Shown here: positions 22,920 through 34,828 of the stretch, piece after piece
Numbering within the stretch: position 1 is the first letter of the stretch
Layout: every line of letters starts with the position of its first letter
From: Cetorhinus maximus
Lineage: Eukaryota
DNA: 64,000 bases
Reading direction: 5' to 3'
NCBI RefSeq assembly: GCF_964194155.1
Contig: NC_135888.1
Span: 50,344,001 to 50,408,000 of the forward strand
Position numbers and translations under genes: made by a program
Notes under the pieces: model-generated
Database searches by the model: none
What the model was told of the DNA's origin: nothing
What the model saw: the letters and a program-made list of their open reading frames with translations, nothing else

Positions 22920-23900
22920 CCATTGCTGGAGCCCCAACTATTTACAATCAATATTAATGAGTTGGATGAAGGGAGCAAGTGTATTGTAGCCAAATTGACT
23001 GACGATACAGAGATAGGTAGGAAAGTAAGTTGTGAGGAGGATACAAAGAGTCTGCAAAGGGATATAGGTAGGTTAAGCGAATGGGAATAAAATTGGAAGA
23101 TGGAGTATAATTTGGGAAAATGTGAGGTTGCCCATTAAGGCAGGAAGAATAGAACAGTGTTATTTAAATAGGGATAGACTGCAGAATGCTGCAGTACAGA
23201 GGAATCTGGGTGTCCTTGTACATGAATCACGAAAAATTCACATGCAGGTACAGCAAGAAATTAGGAAGACAAAGGGAATGTTGGCCTTCATTGCAAAGGG
23301 GGTGGAGTATAAAAGCAGGAAAGTCTTACTAAAACTGTACAGGGTTTTGGTGAGACTACACCTGGAGTATTATGCACAGTTTTGGTCTCCTTACTTAAGG
23401 AGGGATATACTCGCATTAAAGTACTCCAGGAAGGTTCACTCAGCTGAGTCCTGGGATGAAGGGGTTGACTTATGAGGAAAGGTTGAGCCTATACTTATTG
23501 GAGTTTAGAAGAATGAGAGGTGATTTTATTGAAGCATATAAGATTCTGAGGCGGCTTGACAGGACAGATGCTGAGAGGATGCTTCCTCTCATGGGGGAAT
23601 CTAGAACTAGGGGGCACAGTTTAAAAATAAGAGGTCTCTCATTTAAGATGGAGATGAGGAGAAAATTCTTCCCCAGAGGATCATTAGTCTTTGGAATTCT
23701 CTTCACAAGGGAGCAGTGGAGGTTGGGTCACTGAATATATTCAACATTGAGTTAGACAGATTTTTGACTGACAAGCGAGTCAAGGGCTATGGGAAATAGG
23801 CAGGAAAGTGGGGTTAAGGCCACAAACAAATCAGCCATGGTCTTATTGAATGGTGGAACAGGCCTACTCCTGTTCCTAATTCTTATGTTTTTATGTTCCC
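22920..23900 (+). mobile_element. CR1 3' fragment
   Basis: QRNLGVLVHES, QFWSPYLRRD, FRRMRGDFIE, CR1 3' UTR. Confidence 0.85.
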
Positions 23901-25109
23901 CATATTTCAGTAAACATTTCCTTTTTAAGTATTTATTCAATTACCTTTTGAAAATAATTTTCTGGCAGTGCATTCTAGATCATCATAACCTGCTGCATAA
24001 AAAAATTCTCCCAATCTCCCCTCTGTTCTTTTGTCAATTGCCTTAAATATGAACTGAAATAAAATGACATCCTGTTCATGGGCCCTTAGATGGATATTGA
24101 TGGCTAATGATCTTCTACAGAACAGGAGTTGTTTTACAGGAATGAATTTGCATTGCCCTTACAGCAAACTGCAGATCTGGGAGTGTCTGAGACAGGAAAG
24201 TGTTAGGGATCTGGTGATCTATTTGGTTACAATGCTGCTCCTTGCCTGTGGCACCAGCCAAAAGGGAGTAGTTACTACAAATAGTAAATGCATAGCTGTA
24301 GCTGATAGGGAATCTGTCATTCGTCACATCCCGAAGCAAAAACACCATTATTTCCTTGACTGTATTAATTTTTCCCCCTCCTTGTAATGTCCCAGAAGCA
24401 CTAACTCGTACTGATGGTGAGCTTCTTTCTCACCAGCATATTCCCCCCAGACCCCGGGCAGTTGGCAGGCGAGTTCTCCCCACCGATCACTCAGTCAGTG
24501 ATCTTTCACCCGGTCAATCAGTTCACCGCTCACCACTGTCATATTCTTGGTTTATGTTGAGTTAACTGTTGTAGGTAAGGGCGGTGCAACTGACCTCAGC
24601 GCTCCTGGGTTAGGGAAATGCAAAAGAAATTCCACTCCTAATTGCTGCATAGTGATCCCTCCTGGAAAGGACAAACTATCAGCTAAAACAAACTCACCAC
24701 CTCCCATTCCGCCCTCGATCAAACAGCCCACTGAAATTCAGTCAGCATGATTCAGCTCTGGGTGAACAAATTTTGTGGTCTGAAGACATTAACAGAAGCC
24801 TGGTTTTGTTAATTGAACCTGCTTAACTAAACTTCCACATGTTTTGTGAAATTGCCGACAAGAACGGAATTATGCCTAATTGGACCTTCAAGCCAAAAAA
24901 CTTAATCCAAAATGCTTTCCAATGAGGGATGAGGCCCAGCCCTGTCCACGATAACTTTTCAGGCAGTTTTATTCTTTTTGCTGAGCTGCTTTTTCTGCTA
25001 TTCATGTTGAATGATGTAACCCCTAGGAATTGAATAATTTTTAAAACCCACTGTGAGCATCAAACAATCCTAGGGCAGCATAGCATGTCTTACGCACAGC
25101 ATAACATGT

Positions 25110-25395
25110 CTTACGTTCCCTCGACACCGTCCCCATCAAACATTCCCAGGACAGGTACAGCACATGGTTAGATTCAGATGAAAGCTCCCTCTACACTGTC
25201 CTCATTAATCATTCCCAGGACAGGTACAGCATGGGGTTAGATACAGACTAAAGCTCCCTCTACACTGTCCCCATCAATCATTCCCAGGACAGGTACAGCA
25301 TGGGGTTAGATACAGAGTAAAGCTCTCTCTACTCTGTTTCAATAATGTGTCTTAAATAGAATCTCAAAACAGCATTCTTTACTGCAACAGTGACA
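25110..25395 (+). repeat. 69-bp unit, about 3 copies (probably SINE-derived); 2 more copies at 55228-55366
   Basis: CCCAGGACAGGTACAGCATGGGGTTAGATACAGAGTAAAGCTCCCTCTACACTGTCCCCATCAA. Confidence 0.8.
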
Positions 25396-25396
25396 C

Positions 25397-26314
25397 CATA
25401 AGACCATAAAACATAGGAGCAGAAATTAGGCCATTCGGCCCATCGAGTCTGCTCCGCCATTCAATCATGGCTGATAAGTTTCTCAACCCCATTTTCCCGC
25501 CTTCTCCCCGTAACCTTTGATCCCCATACCAATCAAGAACCTATCTATCTCGGTCTTAAATATACTCAATGACCTGGCCTCCACAGCCTTCTGTGGCAAT
25601 GAATTCCATAGATTCACCACGCTCTGGCTAAAGAAGTTTCTCCTCATCTCTGTTCTAAAAGGTCTTCCCTTTACTCTGAGGCTGTGCCCTCGGGTCCTAG
25701 TCTCTCCTACTAATGGAAACATCTTCCCCACGTCCACTCTATCCAGGCCTTTCAGTATTCTGTAAGTTTCAATCAGGTCCCCCCTCATCCTTCTAAACTC
25801 CATTGAGTATAGACCCAGAGTCCTCAAACATTCCTCATATGTTAAGCCTTTCATTCCTGGGATCATTCTCGTGAACCTCCTCTGGACCAACTCCAGGGCC
25901 AGCACATCCTTCCTGAGATACGGGGCCCAAAATTGCTCACAATATTCTAAATGTGGTCTGACCAGAGCCTTATAAAGCCTCAGCAGCACATCCCTGCTTT
26001 TATATTCTAGTCCTCTTGAAATAAATGCCAACATTGCATTTGCCTTCCTAACTACCGATTCAACCTGCAAGTTAACCTTAAGAGAATCCTGGACTAGGAC
26101 TCCTAAGTCCCTTTGCACTCCAGATTTCTGAATTCTCTCCCCATTAAGAAAATAGTCTATGCCTCTATTCTTCCTACCAAAGTGCTTCACACTTCCCCAC
26201 GTTGTATTCCATCTACCACTTCTGTGCCCATTCTCCTAACCTGTCCAAATCCTTCTGCAGCCTCCCCGCCTCCTCAATACAGCCTGTCCCTCCACCTATC
26301 TTTGTATCATCTGC
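25397..26314 (-). mobile_element. Young 5'-truncated CR1
   Basis: Uninterrupted 235-aa ORF2 C-terminus (25483-26190) and tandem 3' tail. Confidence 0.92.
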
Positions 26315-27147
26315 TCACCTATTTCTTTTCTATTTCTGACAACTTCCATCCTGTAACCAGGTATGAAATGTTAGTGGTTATCCTCCTAAGCCATCAGCCC
26401 GGTGGTCAATCATCCCAACCCCAAAGGAGTGTGAAATTGAAGGCAGCAAATCAGAAGACTGACTATAAAAACTGCCATAACCCGCTACCCCAAGGTTAAT
26501 ACTGATCCAAGACAATGCAATCGATTCTTAATGGTGTCCAAGACCCAACCACTCAAAGAGAAATGTTATTGACATCCCAAGGGCGAGTTACAAAAAAACA
26601 GAGGGTCAGTTTATGGTAACTCAGTCTTTTGATATGGGGGCGTTGTCAATGCCTGGGAACTGAGTTGATATTAATCAAACTCAACACAGAGAATTCCCAA
26701 AGCTTTCATTTTTGATAATTTCTTGTGTGGATCCTTATCAAGTTCACATAAATAACATTCCTTATCTACCGAATGTGAAATTTAAAAAATTCCATGAGAT
26801 TAGTCAGACCTACCTGCCCTTCATACATCAATGCTGACTCTCTGATTAGCTTATACTTGTCCAAATGCTCTTAGATTCCAGAAACTTTGCAAAAACTAAC
26901 ACATTAAACTGGTAAATCTATAGTTTCTTGGTTTCTCCCTCCCTTGTTTCAAACACACATCATAGAGGTGAAAAGCCAGTGTTTAGCTCACTGTATCACC
27001 CAAGTCTTGTTCAGGTTCACTTTTGTTTGAAACTTTTTTTAAATTCAGTGACCAATCTGGACCAATAGAATTGCTCTGCTCCTCCTCCCTGCACCTTGCC
27101 ACAATTTCAGTTTCAAAGACTGGGCACATTTTCATTTACATGCTTTA

Positions 27148-27297
<150 letters not shown>

Positions 27298-27660
27298 TTA
27301 AGTGCTAAATAATATCTCAATTATGAATAAAGCCCAGCCTGAAGATGAAGGACTGAGTGTAGCCAAATCAGCAGGGTAACTGGGATTCTAAGATGCAGCT
27401 ACCACTTTAAACTTTGCTCAACAATCTCCAGGTTAAAGTGGATCCCTGCTAATCAAACTCATGGTACACGCCACAACCTTTCCCATCAGCTAACTGTTAA
27501 ATCACCCCCTGGGTCTGAATGCTGCAAAGTATTAGGTTTGGTGATTTTTGTTCTGATTAGCTAAATGGTTGATACATAACTGTCGTGAGCTTTGTACTCT
27601 TACTGTACACAACCTAAATGTCAGTCACGGTTCAATGATTTTGCCCAACACCTCTCTCCA

Positions 27661-28030
27661 GGTGTACAAGATTATGAGGGGCATGGACAGGGTGGATAGG
27701 GAGCAGCTGTTCCCCTTAGTTGAAGGGTCAGTCACGAGGGTACACAAGTTCAAGGTGAGGGGCAGGAGGTTTAGGGGGGATGTGAGGAAAAGTTTTTTTT
27801 ACTCAGAGGGAGGTGACGGTCTGGAATGCACTGCCTGGGAGGGTAGTGGAGGCGGGTTGCCTCACATCCTTTAAAAAGTACCTGGATGAGCACTTGGCAC
27901 ATCATAACATTCAAGGCTATGGGCCAAGTGCTGGTAAATGGGATTAGGTAGGTAGGTCAGGTGTTTCTCACGTGTCAGTGCAGACTCAATGGGCCGAGGG
28001 GCCTCTTCTGCACCGAGAGATTCTGTGTGA
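27661..28030 (+). mobile_element. CR1 3' fragment
   Basis: VYKIMRGMDRVDREQLFPL plus 3' UTR. Confidence 0.85.
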
Positions 28031-28344
28031 TCCAGACACTGCAGCAGATATCGAAGCTAAAGTTCCAGTGCAGTAGAGGGAGATCCAGTCTTTCAGGTGA
28101 AATTTTAAAATTAGGTCTCATCTCATCTGCCCTCACTAGTGAATGTAAAAGGCAATGTGAATTCACTCATTGAATATACAGCACTGGAATAGGCCATTAG
28201 ATTCAAGTGTCAGCCTTTATGCTCCATGTGAGCCTCCTCCATCACTCTTCATCCAACCTATCAGTATACTTTTCTATTCTCTTTCTCTTATCTAGCTTCC
28301 CTTAAATGCATCTTCTGCTTCCTTCAACTACTCCATGTGGTAGC

Positions 28345-28850
28345 AAGCCCCCAAGGCCGCAAACCACAACTCAGTCACAGGCCCCCAGGCCGCAAAACAC
28401 AACTCAGTCCCAGGCCCCCTAGGCCGAAAACCACAACCCAGTCTCAGGCCCCCAGACCCCAAACCACTGCCCCAGTCCCTGACCCTAAACCATTGCCCTA
28501 GTCCCAGGCCCCCAGACCCTAAATCTCCGCCCCCGGTCCCAGGCCCCCAGACACTAAAGCTCTGCCCCCGGTCCCAGGCCCCCAGACCCTAAAGCTCCGC
28601 CCCCTGTCCCAGGCCCTAAACCTCCACCCCCTGTCCCAGGCCCTAAACCTCCACCCCTGTCCAAGGCCCTAAACCTCCACCCCTGGTCCCAGGCCTCCAG
28701 ACCCTAAACCTCTGCCCCCTGTCTCAGGCCCTAAACCTCCGCCCCCTGTCCCAGGCCCTAAACCTCCACCCCTGTCCAAGGCCCTAAACGGCCCCCTGTC
28801 CCAGGCCCCCAGTCTCAAACAGCCAGCCCAGTCCAAAACCCAAAACTGAT
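28345..28850. repeat. Degenerate C-rich minisatellite (26-35-bp units)
   Basis: CCCCTGTCCCAGGCCCTAAACCTCC variants. Confidence 0.85.
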
Positions 28851-29394
28851 GCCCTGAAGATCATGGAGAGTTCTTGGTCAGCATCTATCCTTAACCAAAA
28901 TTTCTAAAACAGAATGTTTGGCTGTTTATCAAATTGCTTGTTTGTGGGACCTTTCAAACTAGTTGTTGAATTTTCCCACAGAATAAGTGAGTAGATGTCA
29001 AATAATCCATGGGCTCTGAAGTGGTTTGGGAAATTGTGTTTGTGAATTCTGTTATTTAAATTTAAATTCTTTGGCTGTTACTATAGGGACTGAAGGCTGT
29101 AACAAACTTTGAAAATCGTAGCTCCTTGCGAAGCACCAGGGAAAGGAACTATGTTTTGGGGAAAATCCCAGACAAAATTTCCTGCTCCCCCTCTTGTCTT
29201 CAACGCACCAACCATTGCTGGGGTATGGTGTCATTAGCTTGTTACCCACCCAATTGGCCAATCTTCAAAGACGCAAATTGACAGACTATTTGACCCTATC
29301 TGGCTTCAGAAACGCAGTAACAGTTTCAGGCAGACAATCTTCAGTCTATCTGTACCACCTAACCAGTGTTTCTTTTGTTCATTTCTTATAATAG

Positions 29395-29720
29395 AAAAAA
29401 ACCTTGCATTTTTATAGTGACTTTCACAAACTTGTGATGCCCCAAAGCGCTTTACAGCCAATATGTTTGAAACCTAGTCACAGCAGCCGATTTGTGCACA
29501 GCAAGATCCCAAATATGAATGTGATAACAACCAGATAATCAGTTTAATGATGTTGGTTGAAGGACAAATATTGGCCAGGACACCAGGAAGAACTCCCTTT
29601 CTCTTCTTCAAATAGTGCCAAGGGATAACAATGTCCATACGAGAAGGCAGATGGGGTTTAAATTTTCAACTAAAAGATGATGCTTCCAACAGCATAGCAC
29701 TGCCTCAGTATTGCACTAAA
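29395..29720 (-). mobile_element. Deu-domain SINE (SacSINE/AmnSINE-like), old; related fragments near 28880-29050 and 57290-57442
   Basis: CCCAAAGCGCTTTACAGCC, TTTGTGCACAGCAAGATCCC and ATTGGCCAGGACACC blocks, recalled from Deu-SINE consensus. Confidence 0.65.
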
Positions 29721-29962
29721 CTTCAACTTCCATTGGTGAAGAGAAACACTCTAGTTCTTTCCAGAAACCTTTAGATTCATTTGGCATGAATATATAGGGC
29801 TAGTCACAAATGACCATTCTCCCTTTAAATTTGTGTTAACAACATTCACATGGGAACAACTAGAGGAAGATCAGGACTTTACAGTGTTGCACAACAGAGC
29901 AAGAGGTACTAATTAATTTCCAAACTTGTACAATGCAGTAAAACATTAAGAAAAGTACTGAC

Positions 29963-30046
29963 CTACTGACAGCAACACATTCCACTGCACTGGGAAAGGG
30001 AGCTTCTTATTCAGCAGCCTCTGCATAACAAATGCAGCACTGGTAC
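29963..30046 (-). CDS. TMEM141: TMEM141 exon 3 (GTSAAFVMQRLLNKKLPFPVQWNVLLSV)
   Basis: 84 nt, ctacag| and |gtcagt, phase 1-1; matches recalled human [28 protein letters not shown]. Confidence 0.93.
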
Positions 30047-30125
30047 CTGTAGAGTTTTTTGCAAAACTATTAAACGAGAAACCCAAAGGTATTATGTCTT
30101 CAACCATCTAAACTGCACAAATTAC

Positions 30126-30174
30126 CTAACATAAATGTGCCAATTCCCTTCATAAATGCGTGTGACTGGCAAGC
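30126..30174 (-). CDS. TMEM141: TMEM141 exon 2, 5'-truncated by the assembly gap (ACQSHAFMKGIGTFML)
   Basis: ACQSHAFMKG signature; donor G|GTAAT; 79-nt intron to exon 3. Confidence 0.95.
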
Positions 30175-30374
30175 NNNNNNNNNNNNNNNNNNNNNNNNNN
30201 NNNNNNNNNNNNNNNNNNNNNNNNNNNNNNNNNNNNNNNNNNNNNNNNNNNNNNNNNNNNNNNNNNNNNNNNNNNNNNNNNNNNNNNNNNNNNNNNNNNN
30301 NNNNNNNNNNNNNNNNNNNNNNNNNNNNNNNNNNNNNNNNNNNNNNNNNNNNNNNNNNNNNNNNNNNNNNNNNN
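30175..30374. other. Assembly gap (200 N, probably a placeholder)
   Basis: Run of N that cuts through a coding exon. Confidence 0.99.
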
Positions 30375-31714
30375 CCCGCCCCCCCGCCCTCGCCCCCCCG
30401 CCCTCGCCCCCCCTGCCCTCGCCCCACTCGCCCCACTCGCCCCACTCCCCCTCGCCCCACTCCCCCTCGCCCCACTCCCCCTCGCCCCACTCCCCCTCGC
30501 CCCACTCCCCCTCGCCCCACTCCCCCTCGCCCCACTCCCCCTCGCCCCACTCCCCCTCGCCCCCCTCCACCTCGCCCCCCTCGCCCCCTCTCCGCTTTGC
30601 CCCCCTCGCCTCCCCCTCGCCCTCCCCCCTCGCCCTCCCCCCTCGCCCTCGCCCTCGCCCCCTCGCCCTCCTCGTCTTCGCCCCCCTCGCCCCCTCGCCC
30701 TCGCCCCCTCGCCCTCGCCCTCCTCGTCTTCGCCGCCCTCGCCCCCTCGCCCTCGCCCCCGCCCCCTCGCCGCCCTCGCCCCCGCCCCCTCGCCCCCCTC
30801 GCCCTCGCCCCCCCTCGCCCTCGCCCCCCCTCACCCTCGCCCCCTCGCCCTCGCCCTCGCCCCCTCGCCCTCGCCCCCCTCGCCCCCCTCGCCCCCTCGC
30901 CCTCGCCCCCCTCGCCCTCGCCCCCCTCGCCCTCGCCCCCCTCGCCCTCGCCCCCCTCGCCCCCCTCGCCCTCGCCCCCCCTCGCCCTCGCCCCCTCCCT
31001 CGCCGCCCTCGCCCCCTCGCCCTCGCCCCCCTCGCCCTCGCCCCCCTCGCCCTCGCCCCCCTCGCCCTCGCCCCCCTCGCCCTCGCCCCCCTCGCCCTCG
31101 CCCCCCTCGCCCTCGACCCCCTCGCCCTCGACCCCTCGCCCTCGCCCCCCTCGCCCTCGGCCTCGCCCCCTCGCCCTCGCCCCCCTCGCCCTCGCCCCCC
31201 TCGCCCTCGCCCCCTCGCCCTCGCCCCCCTCGCCCTCCCCCCCTCGCCCTCCCCCCTCGCCCTCCCCCCCTCGCCCTCCCCCCCTCGCCCTCCCCCCCTC
31301 GCCCTCCCCCCCTCGCCTTCCCCCCCTCGCCCTCCCCCCCTCGCCCTCCCCCCCTCGCCCTCCCCCCCTCGCCCTCCCCCCTCGCCCTCCCCCCCTCGCC
31401 CTCGCCGCCCTCGCCCCCCTCGCCCTCGCCCCCCTCGCCCTCGCCCCCTCACCCTCGCCCCCCTCGCCCTCGCCCCCCTCGCCCTCGCCCCCCTGCCCTC
31501 GCCCCCCCCGCCCTCGCCCCCCGCCCCCGCCCCCCGCCCTCGCCCCCCCGCCCTCGCCCCCCTGCCCTCGCCCCCCTCGCCCCTCGCCCCACCCCCCTCG
31601 CCCCACTCCCCCTCGCCCCACTCCCCCTCGCCCCACTCCCCCTCGCCCCACTCCCCCTCGCCCCACTCCCCCTCGCCCCACTCCCCCTCGCCCCACTCCC
31701 CCTCGCCCCACTCC

Positions 31715-31758
<44 letters not shown>

Positions 31759-34700
31759 CCCCTCGCCCTCTCCCCCCTCGCCCTCGCCCCCTTGCCCTCG
31801 CACCCCTCGCCCTCGCCCCCCTCGCCCTCGCCCCCCTCGCCCTCGCCCCCCTCGCCCTCGCCCTCCCCCCCTCGCCCTCCCCCCCTCGCCCTCCCCCCCT
31901 CGCCCTCCCCCCCTCGCCCTCCCCCCCTCGCCCTCCCCCCCTCGCCCTCCCCCCCTCGCCCTCCCCCCCTCGCCCTCCCCCCCTCGCCCGCCCCCCTCGC
32001 CCTCGCCCTCACCCTCGCCCCCTCGCCCTCCTCGTCTTCGCCCCCCTCGCCCTCGCCCCCTCGCCCTCGCCCCCGCCCCCTCGCCGCCCTCGCCCCCGCC
32101 CCCTCGCCCCCCTCGCCCTCGCCCCCCCTCGCCCTCGCCCCCCCTCACCCTCGCCCCCTCGCCCTCGCCCTCGCCCCCTCGCCCTCGCCCCCCTCGCCCC
32201 CTCGCCCCCTCGCCCTCGCCCCCCTCGCCCTCGCCCCCCTCGCCCTCGCCCCCCTCGCCCTCGCCCCCCTCGCCCTCGCCCCCCTCGCCCCCCTCGCCCT
32301 CGCCCCCCTCGCCCTCGCCCCCTCCCTCGCCGCCCTCGCCCCCTCGCCCTCGCCCCCCTCGCCCTCGCCCCCCTCGCCCTCGCCCCCCTCGCCCTCGCCC
32401 CCCTCGCCCTCGACCCCCTCGCCCTCGCCCCCTCGCCCTCGCCCCCCTCGCCCTCGGCCTCGCCCCCTCGCCCTCGCCCCCCCTCGCCCTCGCCCCCCTC
32501 GCCCTCGCCCCCTCGCCCTCGCCCCCCTCGCCCTCCCCCCCTCGCCCTCCCCCCCTCGCCCTCCCCCCTCGCCCTCCCCCCCTCGCCCTCCCCCCCTCGC
32601 CCTCCCCCCCTCGCCTTCCCCCCTCGCCCTCCCCCCCTCGCCCTCCCCCCCTCGCCCTCCCCCCCTCGCCCTCCCCCCTCGCCCTCCCCCCTCGCCCTCC
32701 CCCCCTCGCCCTCGCCGCCCTCGCCCCCCTCGCCCTCGCCCCCCTCGCCCTCGCCCCCTCACCCTCGCCCCCCTCGCCCTCGCCCCCCTGCCCTCGCCCC
32801 CCCCGCCCTCGCCCCCCCGCCCCCGCCCCCCCGCCCTCGCCCCCCCGCCCTCGCCCCCCTGCCCTCGCCCCCCTCGCCCCACTCGCCCCACTCCCCCTCG
32901 CCCCACTCCCCCTCGCCCCATTCCCCCTCGCCCCACTCCCCCTCGCCCCACTCCCCCTCGCCCCACTCCCCCTCGCCCCACTCCCCCTCGCCCCCCTCCA
33001 CCTCGCCCCCCTCGCCCCCTCTCCGCTTTGCCCCCCTCACCCCCTCGCCTCCCCCCTCGCCCTCCCCCCTCGCCCTCCCCCCCTCGCCCTCGCCCCCTCG
33101 CCCTCCTCGTCTTCGCCCCCCTCGCCCCCTCGCCCTCGCCCTCGCCCCCTCGCCCTCGCCCTCCTCGTCTTCGCCCCCCTCGCCCTCGCCCCCTCGCCCT
33201 CGCCCCCGCCCCCTCGCCGCCCTCGCCCCCGCCCCCTCGCCCCCCTCGCCCTCGCCCTCGCCCCCCCTCGCCCTCGCCCCCCCTCACCCTCGCCCCCTCG
33301 CCCTCGCCCTCGCCCCCTCGCCCTCGCCCCCTCGCCCTCGCCCCCCTCGCCCTCGCCCCCCTCACCCTCGCCCCCCTCGCCCTCGCCCCCCTCGCCCTCG
33401 CCCCCCTGCCCTCGCCCCCCCCGCCCTCGCCCCCCCGCCCCCGCCCCCCCGCCCTCGCCCCCCCGCCCTCGCCCCCCTGCCCTCGCCCCACTCGCCCCAC
33501 TCGCCCCACTCCCCCTCGCCCCACTCCCCCTCGCCCCACTCCCCCTCGCCCCACTCCCCCTCGCCCCACTCCCCCTCGCCCCACTCCCCCTCGCCCCACT
33601 CCCCCTCGCCCCACTCCCCCTCGCCCCCCTCCACCTCGCCCCCCTCGCCCCCTCTCCGCTTTGCCCCCCTCGCCTCCCCCCTCGCCCTCCCCCCTCGCCC
33701 TCCCCCCTCGCCCTCGCCCTCGCCCCCTCGCCCTCCTCGTCTTCGCCCCCCTCGCCCCCTCGCCCTCGCCCCCTCGCCCTCGCCCTCCTCGTCTTCGCCG
33801 CCCTCGCCCCCTCGCCCTCGCCCCCGCCCCCTCGCCGCCCTCGCCCCCGCCCCCTCGCCCCCCTCGCCCTCGCCCCCCCTCGCCCTCGCCCCCCCTCACC
33901 CTCGCCCCCTCGCCCTCGCCCTCGCCCCCTCGCCCTCGCCCCCCTCGCCCCCCTCGCCCCCTCGCCCTCGCCCCCCTCGCCCTCGCCCCCCTCGCCCTCG
34001 CCCCCCTCGCCCTCGCCCCCCTCGCCCCCCTCGCCCTCGCCCCCCTCGCCCTCGCCCCCTCCCTCGCCGCCCTCGCCCCCTCGCCCTCGCCCCCCTCGCC
34101 CTCGCCCCCCTCGCCCTCGCCCCCCTCGCCCTCGCCCCCCTCGCCCTCGCCCCCCTCGCCCTCGCCCCCCTCGCCCTCGACCCCCTCGCCCTCGACCCCT
34201 CGCCCTCGCCCCCCTCGCCCTCGGCCTCGCCCCCTCGCCCTCGCCCCCCTCGCCCTCGCCCCCCTCGCCCTCGCCCCCTCGCCCTCGCCCCCCTCGCCCT
34301 CCCCCCCTCGCCCTCCCCCCCTCGCCCTCCCCCCCTCGCCCTCCCCCCCTCGCCCTCCCCCCCTCGCCCTCCCCCCCTCGCCTTCCCCCCCTCGCCCTCC
34401 CCCCCTCGCCCTCCCCCCCTCGCCCTCCCCCCCTCGCCCTCCCCCCTCGCCCTCCCCCCCTCGCCCTCGCCGCCCTCGCCCCCCTCGCCCTCGCCCCCCT
34501 CGCCCTCGCCCCCTCACCCTCGCCCCCCTCGCCCTCGCCCCCCTCGCCCTCGCCCCCCTGCCCTCGCCCCCCCCGCCCTCGCCCCCCCGCCCCCGCCCCC
34601 CCGCCCTCGCCCCCCCGCCCTCGCCCCCCTGCCCTCGCCCCCCTCGCCCCACTCGCCCCACTCCCCCTCGCCCCACTCCCCCTCGCCCCACTCCCCCTCG

Positions 34701-34784
34701 CCCCACTCCCCCTCGCCCCACTCCCCCTCGCCCCACTCCCCCTCGCCCCACTCCCCCTCGCCCCACTCCCCCTCGCCCCACTCC

Positions 34785-34828
<44 letters not shown>

